Virus record (IMG/VR): IMGVR_UViG_3300043446_004177
Location: 1 to 57,092 of that record
DNA: 57,092 nucleotides
Strand: one strand, 5' to 3'
Origin: a virus
Taxonomy: Duplodnaviria; Caudoviricetes
Below, piece after piece: positions 24,225 to 33,908 of this stretch. The notes under the pieces were generated by a model. That model ran no database searches, was not told the origin of the DNA, and was given only the letters and a program-made list of their open reading frames with translations. Position 1 is the stretch's first letter; every line of letters begins with the position of its first letter. A program made the position numbers and the translations under genes.

Positions 24225-26492
24225 ATGAGCCATAGAGCCTTCTGGGAGGCGGGCTATCGCGTTTTCGGTCTTCATCCAATCAACCCTGACGGGTCGTGCG
24301 GGTGCAACCGTAAGGACTGCGAAGCCGCTGGAAAACATCCGTTAGTGAGCAACTGGACCTCGACCCCGCAATGGTCTGAGGAACAGCTCGAAGTCATGGA
24401 AGAGACGGGCCAGTTTGATTCTGGCTACGGCGTTCTTGTCCGCGGGCTGATTGTGGTCGATGTCGATGCGCGCAATGGTGGTGTCGAATCATATAAGCGG
24501 CTGATTGAAGACGTGCCCGAGATCGCAGGCGCGGGACTGATTGTCGAGACGGGCTCAGGTGGTGGCAGTCGGCATCTATATTTCAAGTGCGACGAGGGGC
24601 TCGCGCTTATTCAGCATCATCCAGACTACCCCGGCATTGATTTCAAATCGTCAGGCTTCGTGGTCGGCCCGAACTCAAAGCATGTGTCAGGCAACACTTA
24701 CAAGATCCTGACGGGCTCGCCTGCAGATATCGATCGCGCACCAGAAGTCATGATCACGGGTCTGTCGAAGCCGCAACGGTATCGAGCAGACATTGATGGC
24801 GCGACGGTGGACGTTTCCCACAGCGATATCGAAGACATGCTGTCTTATATGAACCCAGACGTCGAGCATGAGATCTGGATCCGCACAGGAATGGCGATAC
24901 ATCATGCAACGATGGGTACGGGTTTTGATGTATGGGACAAGTGGTCTGCCAAAGGCAACAAATACCCGTCGCGCGACACGCTTTCCAAACGGTGGCACAG
25001 TTTCGGCAAAAGCATTAATCCTGTCACACTAGGCACCTTGATCCACTACGCCGAGCAGGCGGGTTGGAAGCAGCCCGTCACGTTTGAGCCGAATGAGCTT
25101 ATTGAAGATGACGTGATTTCATCGGGCAGCAATGACATCAATGTTTCAGGGATCGACCTGACAAGGCCGCCGGGGCTAGTTGGCATTGTCTCAGAGTGGA
25201 TCCACGATCAGTGCCGCTATGTGCGCGAGCACCTTGCTGTCGCAACTGCGCTCAATGTGATGGGCAATATTGCAGGCCTGCGCTATGCCGACGAGCTTGG
25301 CGACGTAACCACAAACATGTTTGCCTTCTGCGTGGCCGATTCTGGCACTGGCAAAGAAAGCATTCAGCAGGGCTCTATACTTCTGCACAAAGCCGCGGGC
25401 ATCAACAAGGCTGTCTATTCGACCATCAAGTCGGAACAAGAAGTCATTAGGAACCTGACGCGCCATCAGGCGGCGTTTTATATGATCGACGAGGTTGGCA
25501 TCTTGCTGACCAAGATCAAGAACGCGCAGACCCGCGGCGGCGCATCATACCTTGAAGGCGTGATCGGCGTCCTTATGTCGGCTTACTCAAAGGCCAATGG
25601 GTACATGCCGCTTTCGGGCGACGTTCGTGAAGACGTTCGCAAAGGCCTGTTGCAGGAGCTTTCACAGGTCACGCGCCGCCTTGAAGACGCAGAAACGCCA
25701 CGGGACAAGGAGCGGAAGGCGCAGATCGAAGCCGCCCTGATCTCTCTTGATGATGGTCTTGAGAACCCGTTCTTGTCTTTGATCGGGTACACAACGCCAG
25801 TTACATTCAATGACCTTGTGACATACGAGACCGCGGCAAACGGGTTTGTCGGAAGATCTTTGATTTTTAATGAGAAGAACCCTGTCCCCTTGGAAAAGAA
25901 GGGGTTTAAGAGACGCAAGATGCCCAAGGAGCTTAAGGCGACCATACAGCAGCTTTATTCAGCGGGGCACTTTGACACGACATCTGATCGGGTCGAGAAC
26001 CGCGGCGAGCGAATCACCATCCCAACAAGCGACGATGCAGCCATTATGCTCGATGCGGCCATGGATATCTTGCACGGCCTCGCAGAAGATCATGCGGAAA
26101 AGTCGGGCCTGTCTTCGCTTTTTCTTCGCGCCAAGGAGCAGGTCGCCAAGATTTCGTTTATATTGGCGGTACCGTCAGGGCTTAGGACAGTTGAGCATGT
26201 GCGGTGGGCCTACGCATTGGTGAAGCATGATGTTGAGGAAAAGGTCCGACTTGTGATCGGCAACGACCGCCAGAAGGACAACCCGAAAGAGGCTTTGGTT
26301 AACAAAGTTAAAAGCGCGATTGATAGCAAAGAAGGCGAGACGCTTGGTGTGATCATCAACAAGCTTCGCAAGTTTAAGAAGGAAGACATTGAGAGATGTC
26401 TTGAAGAATTGATTAAAGCAGATCAAGCAATCCTTGAGGAAAGTATACACCCCCGCAAACGCATCACAGTGAAAAGGTATAAACTCAAATGA
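24225..26492 (+). CDS. Bifunctional primase-polymerase with PriCT-2 and a C-terminal helicase-like (DUF3987-like) domain
   Basis: C.C..C..GKHP, VVDVDARNGG, TGSGGGSRHLYF, WIRTGMAIH..WDKWS..KY, DSGTGKE, MIDEVG, NGFVGR. Confidence 0.85.
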   Translation: MSHRAFWEAGYRVFGLHPINPDGSCGCNRKDCEAAGKHPLVSNWTSTPQWSEEQLEVMEETGQFDSGYGVLVRGLIVVDVDARNGGVESYKRLIEDVPEIAGAGLIVETGSGGGSRHLYFKCDEGLALIQHHPDYPGIDFKSSGFVVGPNSKHVSGNTYKILTGSPADIDRAPEVMITGLSKPQRYRADIDGATVDVSHSDIEDMLSYMNPDVEHEIWIRTGMAIHHATMGTGFDVWDKWSAKGNKYPSRDTLSKRWHSFGKSINPVTLGTLIHYAEQAGWKQPVTFEPNELIEDDVISSGSNDINVSGIDLTRPPGLVGIVSEWIHDQCRYVREHLAVATALNVMGNIAGLRYADELGDVTTNMFAFCVADSGTGKESIQQGSILLHKAAGINKAVYSTIKSEQEVIRNLTRHQAAFYMIDEVGILLTKIKNAQTRGGASYLEGVIGVLMSAYSKANGYMPLSGDVREDVRKGLLQELSQVTRRLEDAETPRDKERKAQIEAALISLDDGLENPFLSLIGYTTPVTFNDLVTYETAANGFVGRSLIFNEKNPVPLEKKGFKRRKMPKELKATIQQLYSAGHFDTTSDRVENRGERITIPTSDDAAIMLDAAMDILHGLAEDHAEKSGLSSLFLRAKEQVAKISFILAVPSGLRTVEHVRWAYALVKHDVEEKVRLVIGNDRQKDNPKEALVNKVKSAIDSKEGETLGVIINKLRKFKKEDIERCLEELIKADQAILEESIHPRKRITVKRYKLK

Positions 26493-26758
26493 AAAAGATG
26501 ACCATCAAAACAAAAGAAAAAATTTTTGGTGAAACATTTGAAAATCTTTCAAAAGCAATGTTGAACGTTCTTGAAGAATTTTCAGATTATTCTCAAAGAG
26601 AAGTCTTTGATGAAGCTTTGTTAGCTCTTGTTATGTTTGCAACTCATTCATCTGTGAAGATGGGTATTTCAGAGTTGGAAATGCATGAGATGATCAATGA
26701 AATGACAACTGCCGTTCATGCTAAAATGAAGGCAGAAGGAATATTCTATGACGCTTGA
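26489..26758 (+). CDS. Hypothetical protein
   Basis: ATGA overlap with the primase gene. Confidence 0.65.
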   Translation: MKKMTIKTKEKIFGETFENLSKAMLNVLEEFSDYSQREVFDEALLALVMFATHSSVKMGISELEMHEMINEMTTAVHAKMKAEGIFYDA

Positions 26759-26939
26759 AGAAGAAGTAGAATACTACCGTTTTGTTTTCTCTTGGATGCT
26801 TTGTAGGCTTCAAAAAAATAAAACCGTTTATGCAATATCAAGAGATGTATTGAGAAAAGATTTCAATAGTGGTTGGTCGCAAAAGCAACGGCAAGAAATA
26901 ATCAAACAAGCAATGCAAATTATTAAAGAAGAGGATTAA
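26748..26939 (+). CDS. Hypothetical protein
   Basis: Overlapping operon arrangement; AAGGA RBS. Confidence 0.6.
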   Translation: MTLEEEVEYYRFVFSWMLCRLQKNKTVYAISRDVLRKDFNSGWSQKQRQEIIKQAMQIIKEED

Positions 26940-26943
26940 TGAA

Positions 26944-27321
26944 ATGCTTACACAATACGAAAGATCAGAAGCGCGATTTGAGCATCGCGAAACAAAAGTA
27001 TCTCGTTTATTAAAAGAGCTTGAGGGAGAAATTGTAAACATGGTGCCATGGCGGCATTACGGTGCGCTTCTTAATTGCCTTCGCGAAACGCATCGTACAT
27101 TGCTACACACAAAAGACATAGTGGCAAAAAACGATGCTGAATTATACAAACAAGTCATTATGGTATTGGAAATTGTGGACGCCCATCTTTACGAGCCGCG
27201 AATCACTAATGTTAAAGATATTAATGAGCACAACAAAACATTTGAAATGCCGCCTCTATCGCCATTGCCCGTCAAGCCTAAAAAAAGTAGGGCAAAAATA
27301 GTAAAACGAAGGAAAAAATGA
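26944..27321 (+). CDS. Hypothetical protein with a basic C-terminus
   Basis: GAGG RBS; operon context. Confidence 0.65.
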   Translation: MLTQYERSEARFEHRETKVSRLLKELEGEIVNMVPWRHYGALLNCLRETHRTLLHTKDIVAKNDAELYKQVIMVLEIVDAHLYEPRITNVKDINEHNKTFEMPPLSPLPVKPKKSRAKIVKRRKK

Positions 27322-27524
27322 TATATTTGATCCTTGGCCGACCTAGAAATTACAAGAAGGGCAAGGAAATAGTTGTCGATGAATGCGACAGCTTAGAAGC
27401 CGCACGGCTTGAAGTTTATAAATTGAGTGGCGAAATGCCATCATGGATGTTTTGGATAGATGAAAGAGATGAAGATGAAAAAGTACAACCGTATATTTGT
27501 GCCGAACCCAAACCACAGATTTGA
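27318..27524 (+). CDS. Hypothetical protein
   Basis: ATGA overlap; AAGGA RBS. Confidence 0.6.
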   Translation: MIYLILGRPRNYKKGKEIVVDECDSLEAARLEVYKLSGEMPSWMFWIDERDEDEKVQPYICAEPKPQI

Positions 27525-27861
27525 TACAGACAGTCTAAGAGAAATTGGTAAAGAAATAGTTTATGTATGCGATCGCCCTATGTTTGATAATCTTATGGGC
27601 GATGAATACATTGCGGATTTTGAACATCGCATTGCAAAAAGGATGGAAGATTTTGATCCAAATGAAGATGCTATCGCTTATTACGGCGATAGCATGATTT
27701 TTGCGATTATGATTATGTGGGTCACCGAAAATTACGGAGACTTTGACCTTGCTCGGTTTTCAACCAAAGAAGGCAAATACATGATCAGACGTATGTCTTT
27801 TGAAAATTTTACTGAACCAACTGTTCAGCCTCTACCTGAGAAATTTGCTGCTGGGCGGTAG
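27460..27861 (+). CDS. Hypothetical alpha/beta protein
   Basis: 133-aa ORF, last of the plus-strand block; its 3' end overlaps the convergent gene. Confidence 0.65.
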   Translation: MKEMKMKKYNRIFVPNPNHRFDTDSLREIGKEIVYVCDRPMFDNLMGDEYIADFEHRIAKRMEDFDPNEDAIAYYGDSMIFAIMIMWVTENYGDFDLARFSTKEGKYMIRRMSFENFTEPTVQPLPEKFAAGR

Positions 27862-27997
27862 CCACTTGGGGCGCTGCCTGCTGACGAATTTCTTCAATCA
27901 AAGACGCAACATCTGAAAAAGCGCCGCGGCTCAAGTGGGCAAGAATATTGTTTACTTGGGCTACGGTTAATTTAAGATCAATAGAAATGTTGTCCAT
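27809..27997 (-). CDS. Small hypothetical protein
   Basis: L.LTV.QVN.IL..L..FSDVA.LI.EIRQQA.PQ; GAGG RBS; last gene of the late operon. Confidence 0.75.
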   Translation of the reverse strand: MDNISIDLKLTVAQVNNILAHLSRGAFSDVASLIEEIRQQAAPQVATAQQQISQVEAEQLVQ

Positions 27998-27998
27998 T

Positions 27999-29843
27999 TC
28001 AAATCCCTCTATTTGCTATGGCAAGTGCCTTGGCGACGGTAGTGTCATCAAGGTTGAGCAAAGAAGATGTTTCTTTGCCTTGTTCTTTTTTAATCTTATC
28101 GACAAGATTTATCAACTTATCTGCCTTTGATTTTGAGTTTTCCTCAACCTTACCGCCAGTAGCATATGCGGGTTTATAGCCACCATAAAGCTCTTCATAA
28201 GCGCGGTTGAGATTTTGTTCAAAGGGAGACAGTGCACGCGTGGCATATCCTGCGCCTGTAGCTCCTACTGATGCTGCCTTTCCAACAGGAGAACCCGCCA
28301 AACGGCCTGCGCCATATGCTGTAGCGCCCATCAAGCGGGGCGATTGGAAAGCCGCCTGCGCGCTAAGAAGACCAATGTGTTTGAGAGCAGACGCTGGGTC
28401 ACCCATCGCTAGGCTTGTGCCTGCGTTGTAAAGATGAAAAGCGCCGCCTCCACCTTCAAGTATTTTCCCAACAGTTCCAGATGAGATAGCATCGTGCAAA
28501 GCGGCCCCTGCAGCCATATAAGGAACGCGCGGATCAACTTTACCAATGGCATTAATTACATTATTTCCCATAGGCGTTTTTAAATTGCGAATTGTTCTTT
28601 GAAGTTGAGCATTCGCTGTAGCTTTGTTAATTCCAAGCGTGCCAGAAATATTTTTCATGCTATCTTGGATGGCGCGATAATCGTCCATCATCTGAGAATA
28701 TTCAGGAGATACATCGCTTATTGCTTGTTTTGTTCCATGATAAAGCTCCCACAAAGCTGCAGATGTGCGTGGGTTATTTGTTGCTTGGGCAGCGGCACCA
28801 ATATCCTGTTTGAGCTTATCAAGGCTCTCAATCCCACGTTCTGGGTTGCCAGAGGGCAAAACGCTTCTGCGATAAAGATCGTTTTCCCATTTTATCAATG
28901 CTTTATGAGCATCATCACTGATTTCATTTGATCCTAGCTCACTTAATTTTGCTTTTGCAGAACTAAGTGAATCATAAATCGGTTGTAACGAAGCATCCTG
29001 TTGAAGAGCTGCAAAGTTTTCTTTTTTCTTAGCAGCCCAAGCTGTAATTTCATCATCTTTAATTTTTCTAAATGCATTGCTCATAGCATTGGCAAATTCA
29101 TTTGTGTCGCCCTCGCCTCTAGCAAAGACGTTAAATGCATTGCGGATCATCGGATCTTGAGAAGCGCCAGCTTGAAAAGCGCGTTCATAAGCAGATGGAG
29201 CAACTCCTGTTCCAAGAGAAACGGCTCCTTTTGTCCCTATTTTCCCGACATTGCCAATGGTTTTAGCGACACCGAGTGCCGCCTGCGTAGGATCCATAAG
29301 TGTGCCAGCCGTGCTGCCGATTTTTGAAGCCATTGATGCAAGGCGTCCAGCTTTGCTTGCTGTGCCTAAAGCTTTGGCACCCATACCAACTGCTCCAGCG
29401 CCTGCTGTGACAGGTATTGATCCAATAGAAAGAATAGATGCGGGATCATCATAAAGCGTGCGATAAAATTCTTCCTTTGAAGTAAAAGGTTTTACCAAAG
29501 CATTCAAAGCCGCTTCATCAGTTTCTTTTTGCTCAGGTGCCTGTTCGTATCCTAAAGCGCCTTTTGCTTTTGAATAAATGCCAGTTCCAATTGTGCCAAT
29601 GCCTTCAGCCGTCTCGCCCCAATTCCAAGGCGCAATGGCATGAAGAGTGCCCGCTACGTTTTCATAAGCACTCTTTGGCAAATTGGATGCAACGCCTTTC
29701 CAATACTCCCCACGTTCCATTTGTGCAGGATCTTTTGGCGCAGAAGGCTGCGTCGTTTGGTAGGCCGCATAGGGATCATATTGAGAAGGCGTCTCAAGGT
29801 TTACACCTTCTGTGGGCGCTGCGGGTGCAGGTACGTCAGCCAT
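27999..29843 (-). CDS. Putative internal virion / ejection protein
   Basis: 614 aa, Ala/Gly-rich and helical; follows the large ejection protein; YATGG motif near the C-terminus. Confidence 0.65.
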   Translation of the reverse strand: MADVPAPAAPTEGVNLETPSQYDPYAAYQTTQPSAPKDPAQMERGEYWKGVASNLPKSAYENVAGTLHAIAPWNWGETAEGIGTIGTGIYSKAKGALGYEQAPEQKETDEAALNALVKPFTSKEEFYRTLYDDPASILSIGSIPVTAGAGAVGMGAKALGTASKAGRLASMASKIGSTAGTLMDPTQAALGVAKTIGNVGKIGTKGAVSLGTGVAPSAYERAFQAGASQDPMIRNAFNVFARGEGDTNEFANAMSNAFRKIKDDEITAWAAKKKENFAALQQDASLQPIYDSLSSAKAKLSELGSNEISDDAHKALIKWENDLYRRSVLPSGNPERGIESLDKLKQDIGAAAQATNNPRTSAALWELYHGTKQAISDVSPEYSQMMDDYRAIQDSMKNISGTLGINKATANAQLQRTIRNLKTPMGNNVINAIGKVDPRVPYMAAGAALHDAISSGTVGKILEGGGGAFHLYNAGTSLAMGDPASALKHIGLLSAQAAFQSPRLMGATAYGAGRLAGSPVGKAASVGATGAGYATRALSPFEQNLNRAYEELYGGYKPAYATGGKVEENSKSKADKLINLVDKIKKEQGKETSSLLNLDDTTVAKALAIANRGI

Positions 29844-29852
29844 GTGTAAACC

Positions 29853-32800
29853 TCATTGAGCAGGGACTTCGCCAATTTGACCCTTTTTGGGGCCATCAGG
29901 AATGATGAATTTAGTACGCGGTGGCAATCTTTTAACAGCTTGCAACCGCTCGGCAGGCGTTGAGCCTTCAATTGTAATAGCCTCTTGAGCTCTTTTGCCC
30001 TCTTGAGAGCCAGTTGTAACAGCGCGACCTGCTTCGGTAGAGCCAGCGAAAGGTTCTGTCTCTTCGTAAGCTTTCTTGCGATAGTCTTCATATTTGTTGT
30101 TGCGCGTAAACTGATTGATGTAACCAGTGATGTTTTTAGGCTGACCCGCATCATCCCATGTACGATACATGTCATTTGAGAAATCTGCAGCAGCCATACG
30201 ATTTGTGATGTTCTTATAAAGAGCATCTGGATTATCAGATGGTTTTGGAGCAACAATCATTGCATCACGCAAAGATGCAGCTGGGGCACCTTCAGCCATG
30301 CTATTTGCAGTTTTGATAGCAATATCCGTGGCAAGTTTATATGCCGCATCAAAACCAGCAGACTCTGCAGAGAAATTATCAATCCCCATTTTTTGAAGGA
30401 AGCTAGAAAGATTAGCCAACGACTCAGAAGCGCCTGCACCACCGCCTTGGTATTTTTGATAAATGTGAGCAAGCTCTGCAAGTTGCGGACGGCTAACTGC
30501 ATAGTCAGCCATAAATTTGGATGCCTTAGTATTAAAATCCTTATAGTTATCAATTATTGGCTGAAGGTAAGCCGATTGAGAAAGGATCACAGGAACGCCA
30601 TTAACGTCTCCACCGCCCTTACGAACAATTTCAAGATATTTATCCCCGGGCACTTCTATAGGAGTGCCGTCAAGAGAATAGACCGTTTTTGTTTGACCTG
30701 CGATTTTTGCTGTTTCTGCTTCCTTCTCAAGAGGAAGTTTTGCATAGCTTTCGCGCAACTTCATTCCTTGATCGCGATACGTCACAGCCTGCGCGCGCAT
30801 CATGTTTGCCTGCTGAATTTTTGTTTCAGCAGCGCGAATGTATTCAGGAATACCGCTTGCAGTCCATTTGTGCGCTTCTTCTTCTAAAGCCAAAGCCTGT
30901 TTGTTAGACTCTTCGGCTAAACCAAAATATTTTTGAACATCAGGATGCGCTTCAGCGGCCGCATAAATTTGGTCAGCCTTATCCATACCCATTGGCTGGC
31001 CTTCTTTAGGCGTTGCGGGAGGCACGGGAGCCCCAACATCAGTTGCTGTTTTTGGGGCAGCGCCGCCTTCTTGCGGAGCCGCTTGTGCCATAGCTGCAGG
31101 AGGAGCAATTCCGCCTTGTGGTGCGGGAGCGCCTGCAGGAGCACCAGCGATGCCTCCTGCTGCGGGAGCGCCGCCTGCAATGCCGCCTGCCGCAGGAGGA
31201 GCAAAGCCTTCTCCGCCTGAACCTGCCATCCCAACAAAGCTTGGCGGCAGACCCATCTCAACAGCGGCTTGAGCTCGCTCTTGCGGGCTGACAACGCGGT
31301 TATTCCACGCATCAAAGAAATTACCACCGGGGACAGGTGAGAACCGTTGCGCCATGAGGCCCATGGTATTCTTCATAGCTTCAGACTGACGCAGAGCGAT
31401 TTCAGACTGTTGAGCGCGCAGGCCAGCATATGTCTTTGCGCCGCCGCCAATACCAGCAAGCAAAGCGCCGCCAAGGAACGGGCTCTTTGACTCTGCCATG
31501 CTGCCAAGGCCTGCAAGAACCGAAAGAAGGATATCGGTGCTATCAGGTTTGCCAACATTAAATGTTGGGCTCATGGGCGATGATTGTGCTTCGCTAGAAC
31601 CGAAAGCGGGAATGTCTGCTTGCTTTTGCAAATTACGCGCAGCAGTCCACGGCCCCCAACCATGCTCGGCCGCATATTTGGTTGACCAATCAATAGCAGC
31701 CTTTTGGTTTGCAGGATCGCGAGCGTCTAAACCTGTCTGTTTTGTAAACTCATCACCAAGGCCGGGGCGCGGATATTTTTGCGATTGGTCACCATAATGA
31801 AGTTGCGCGATGCCAAATGAAGATCCTTCGTCGCCAACGGCGCGCGGATTAAACCCGCTCTCACCATGAAACACTTTAGCTGCAAAGTTGGGGTCAATAC
31901 CCGCGCGTTTTGCAGATTCCATCGTGTAATTGCGCCAGAAATCTGGACTTGATTCATCAAGAGGACCACCGTCTTCCTTGTGAATACGCCCGCCATTTTT
32001 CATAAACATCATGGCAAACTTAGCGATGTTGGCAAGGTCACTCATACCGCTTCCGCCTTGGCTTGGCGGAGCACCCGCTACAGCAAGCTGATGCGTATCT
32101 TTTTCTGTCGGAATATCTAGCTTTGTTTTGCTTTCAGCCTCATCATCACCATAAGGCATACCGCCATCGGCAAAGCCTTTTGATTTTAGCCAATCATAAT
32201 CTTTATAAAGGCTCATTCCTGTTTTTGCGAGACTGCCAAGTTGGCTCAATTCGCTTTCTGGAAGATCAGGTGCAGCGCCGGGCGTCATTAATTTGCCAAC
32301 TTGAATGTTGGACTCAGGGACATATCCAATGCCGCCATATGGCATACCGCCTGCCGCAAAACCCATTCCTGTATGCTCAGGATGCACAGCGCCGCCTTCA
32401 GAAGTTGCCTTGTTATAGTCAACAGTCTTATAGCCCGCGGCAATGCCAACGGCTTCTGGATGCTTCTTTTCAACTTCGTCAGCCATAAAGCCGATATGGG
32501 TCTGCTCGTTTGGGTCGCCTTTGTATTTAAATTTATAGATTGGCAGACCTTCATCGCTTTCGCCGATACGCTTAATGTCTTCCTTAAGACGGCGATCAGA
32601 GAAGAACGGCATAGGTTGCGTTGTAGTCGTAGTTGAACCAGAAAGAGCGCCTGTGCCCATCGCAATATTTGCGAGAAATTGGGCAATCTGGAATGGATAT
32701 GCCTGTTGTTGCAAAAATTGATTGTAAAGAGCTGTTTTGCCAGCCTGTTCGGTTTGCTGACCAAGCGTCCCCGCGCCAAGCTGTGCCTGCGCGCCTTGAA

Positions 32801-33401
32801 GACCTGCGGTTTGCGCGCCCGCTCCAAGCGCTCCTAACTGATTATAAAGAGCGCCGCTTTGGGCGAGCCCTTGCATATAATTTTGAGCTGCGTTTTGATA
32901 GCCTTGATTTGCCATTTGCGCGAGCGTTTGGCCAGAAGCAAGATTTTGTTGGCCCATCAAAGCAGCTTGAGCAATGTCTGAACGATTGCCGCCAAATGCG
33001 CCTTGACCAATTGCGCTTCCGCGTAAGGCGGCTTGCTGCTGTTGATTGATATTTTGCATTTGCGCGGCAGTAGCGCCCATCGCATTTTGCAAATAAGGGT
33101 TCATATATCCCTGAACGCCTTGCTGGTATCCTTCTGGAGAAAAACCCTGAGCGGTCCTTGAGGTGCCCGCCATAGCTGCTTGATATGCAGGTTGGGCGGC
33201 TCCCGCCATCTGATTGATATTGCCAATACCAGCCTGTTGCTGCTGATTTAATTGAGCTACAAACGCTGAAGGATCGGTGCTATATTGCTGAAATGGGCGA
33301 CCAGCGACATCTTCTGCGCGTTTATTAACTGCATTATATCGAGCCAATACTTCGGGCGGTATTTGGACGCTTTGCGTAGTCGTGCCTGTTTTGCCACCCA
33401 T
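29853..33401 (-). CDS. Ejection protein with a Peptidase_S74 autocleavage domain and a lytic transglycosylase domain
   Basis: MGG start; Q/A/G-rich YMNPY..GAFGG region; SDRRLKEDI..IYKFKY..IGFMADEVEK.HPEAV..VDY; AGIDP..ESGFNPRAVGD..SFGIAQ. Confidence 0.8.
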   Translation of the reverse strand: MGGKTGTTTQSVQIPPEVLARYNAVNKRAEDVAGRPFQQYSTDPSAFVAQLNQQQQAGIGNINQMAGAAQPAYQAAMAGTSRTAQGFSPEGYQQGVQGYMNPYLQNAMGATAAQMQNINQQQQAALRGSAIGQGAFGGNRSDIAQAALMGQQNLASGQTLAQMANQGYQNAAQNYMQGLAQSGALYNQLGALGAGAQTAGLQGAQAQLGAGTLGQQTEQAGKTALYNQFLQQQAYPFQIAQFLANIAMGTGALSGSTTTTTQPMPFFSDRRLKEDIKRIGESDEGLPIYKFKYKGDPNEQTHIGFMADEVEKKHPEAVGIAAGYKTVDYNKATSEGGAVHPEHTGMGFAAGGMPYGGIGYVPESNIQVGKLMTPGAAPDLPESELSQLGSLAKTGMSLYKDYDWLKSKGFADGGMPYGDDEAESKTKLDIPTEKDTHQLAVAGAPPSQGGSGMSDLANIAKFAMMFMKNGGRIHKEDGGPLDESSPDFWRNYTMESAKRAGIDPNFAAKVFHGESGFNPRAVGDEGSSFGIAQLHYGDQSQKYPRPGLGDEFTKQTGLDARDPANQKAAIDWSTKYAAEHGWGPWTAARNLQKQADIPAFGSSEAQSSPMSPTFNVGKPDSTDILLSVLAGLGSMAESKSPFLGGALLAGIGGGAKTYAGLRAQQSEIALRQSEAMKNTMGLMAQRFSPVPGGNFFDAWNNRVVSPQERAQAAVEMGLPPSFVGMAGSGGEGFAPPAAGGIAGGAPAAGGIAGAPAGAPAPQGGIAPPAAMAQAAPQEGGAAPKTATDVGAPVPPATPKEGQPMGMDKADQIYAAAEAHPDVQKYFGLAEESNKQALALEEEAHKWTASGIPEYIRAAETKIQQANMMRAQAVTYRDQGMKLRESYAKLPLEKEAETAKIAGQTKTVYSLDGTPIEVPGDKYLEIVRKGGGDVNGVPVILSQSAYLQPIIDNYKDFNTKASKFMADYAVSRPQLAELAHIYQKYQGGGAGASESLANLSSFLQKMGIDNFSAESAGFDAAYKLATDIAIKTANSMAEGAPAASLRDAMIVAPKPSDNPDALYKNITNRMAAADFSNDMYRTWDDAGQPKNITGYINQFTRNNKYEDYRKKAYEETEPFAGSTEAGRAVTTGSQEGKRAQEAITIEGSTPAERLQAVKRLPPRTKFIIPDGPKKGQIGEVPAQ

Positions 33402-33402
33402 C

Positions 33403-33906
33403 TTAATGCTCCGTCACATTCTCATGTCCAGTCTGGACATTATATAAGAAAAAAGCCCCAGCTGGCGGCCCGAAGCTATTCTCATAAAATTTAATTTTGG
33501 CCTCAGTTCGGTGATTCGAAAGAACGCCAATGATCAAGGGAAGGTTAAGATCATCCGCCACTTGCTTGGAAAAATCACACAAGGTCCGAGCGTGGCCTTT
33601 TGCATATTTTCCGCGCGTACGACGAAATTCAGGGGCGACAAAAATAGCCTTTTCCTCAAGCATCCAATCGTCAGAATACCACATTTGGGATAGCCGCAAA
33701 AGAACAGCTGCTTCTATTTTCTCTCCCGGCGCACCGATTATACCTACGAGCCCCTGCCAAAGATAAAGAGCGGGTTTGATCATGGCGAGCATTTTTTCAG
33801 GGTTAACGCCGCGAATGCCATTTTCTTCCCAAGCGCGAAGGGCAAGCTCAAGCATGGCTTCTTCGTCGGCTGGGGTTCCAAGGCGGATTTTTAATTCTTC
33901 CGACAT
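33403..33906 (-). CDS. GNAT-fold acyltransferase-like morphogenesis protein
   Basis: IRLGTPAD, IFVAPEFRR, KFYE; sits before the first ejection protein, like T7 gp13 and P22 gp14. Confidence 0.7.
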   Translation of the reverse strand: MSEELKIRLGTPADEEAMLELALRAWEENGIRGVNPEKMLAMIKPALYLWQGLVGIIGAPGEKIEAAVLLRLSQMWYSDDWMLEEKAIFVAPEFRRTRGKYAKGHARTLCDFSKQVADDLNLPLIIGVLSNHRTEAKIKFYENSFGPPAGAFFLYNVQTGHENVTEH

Positions 33907-33908
33907 TT

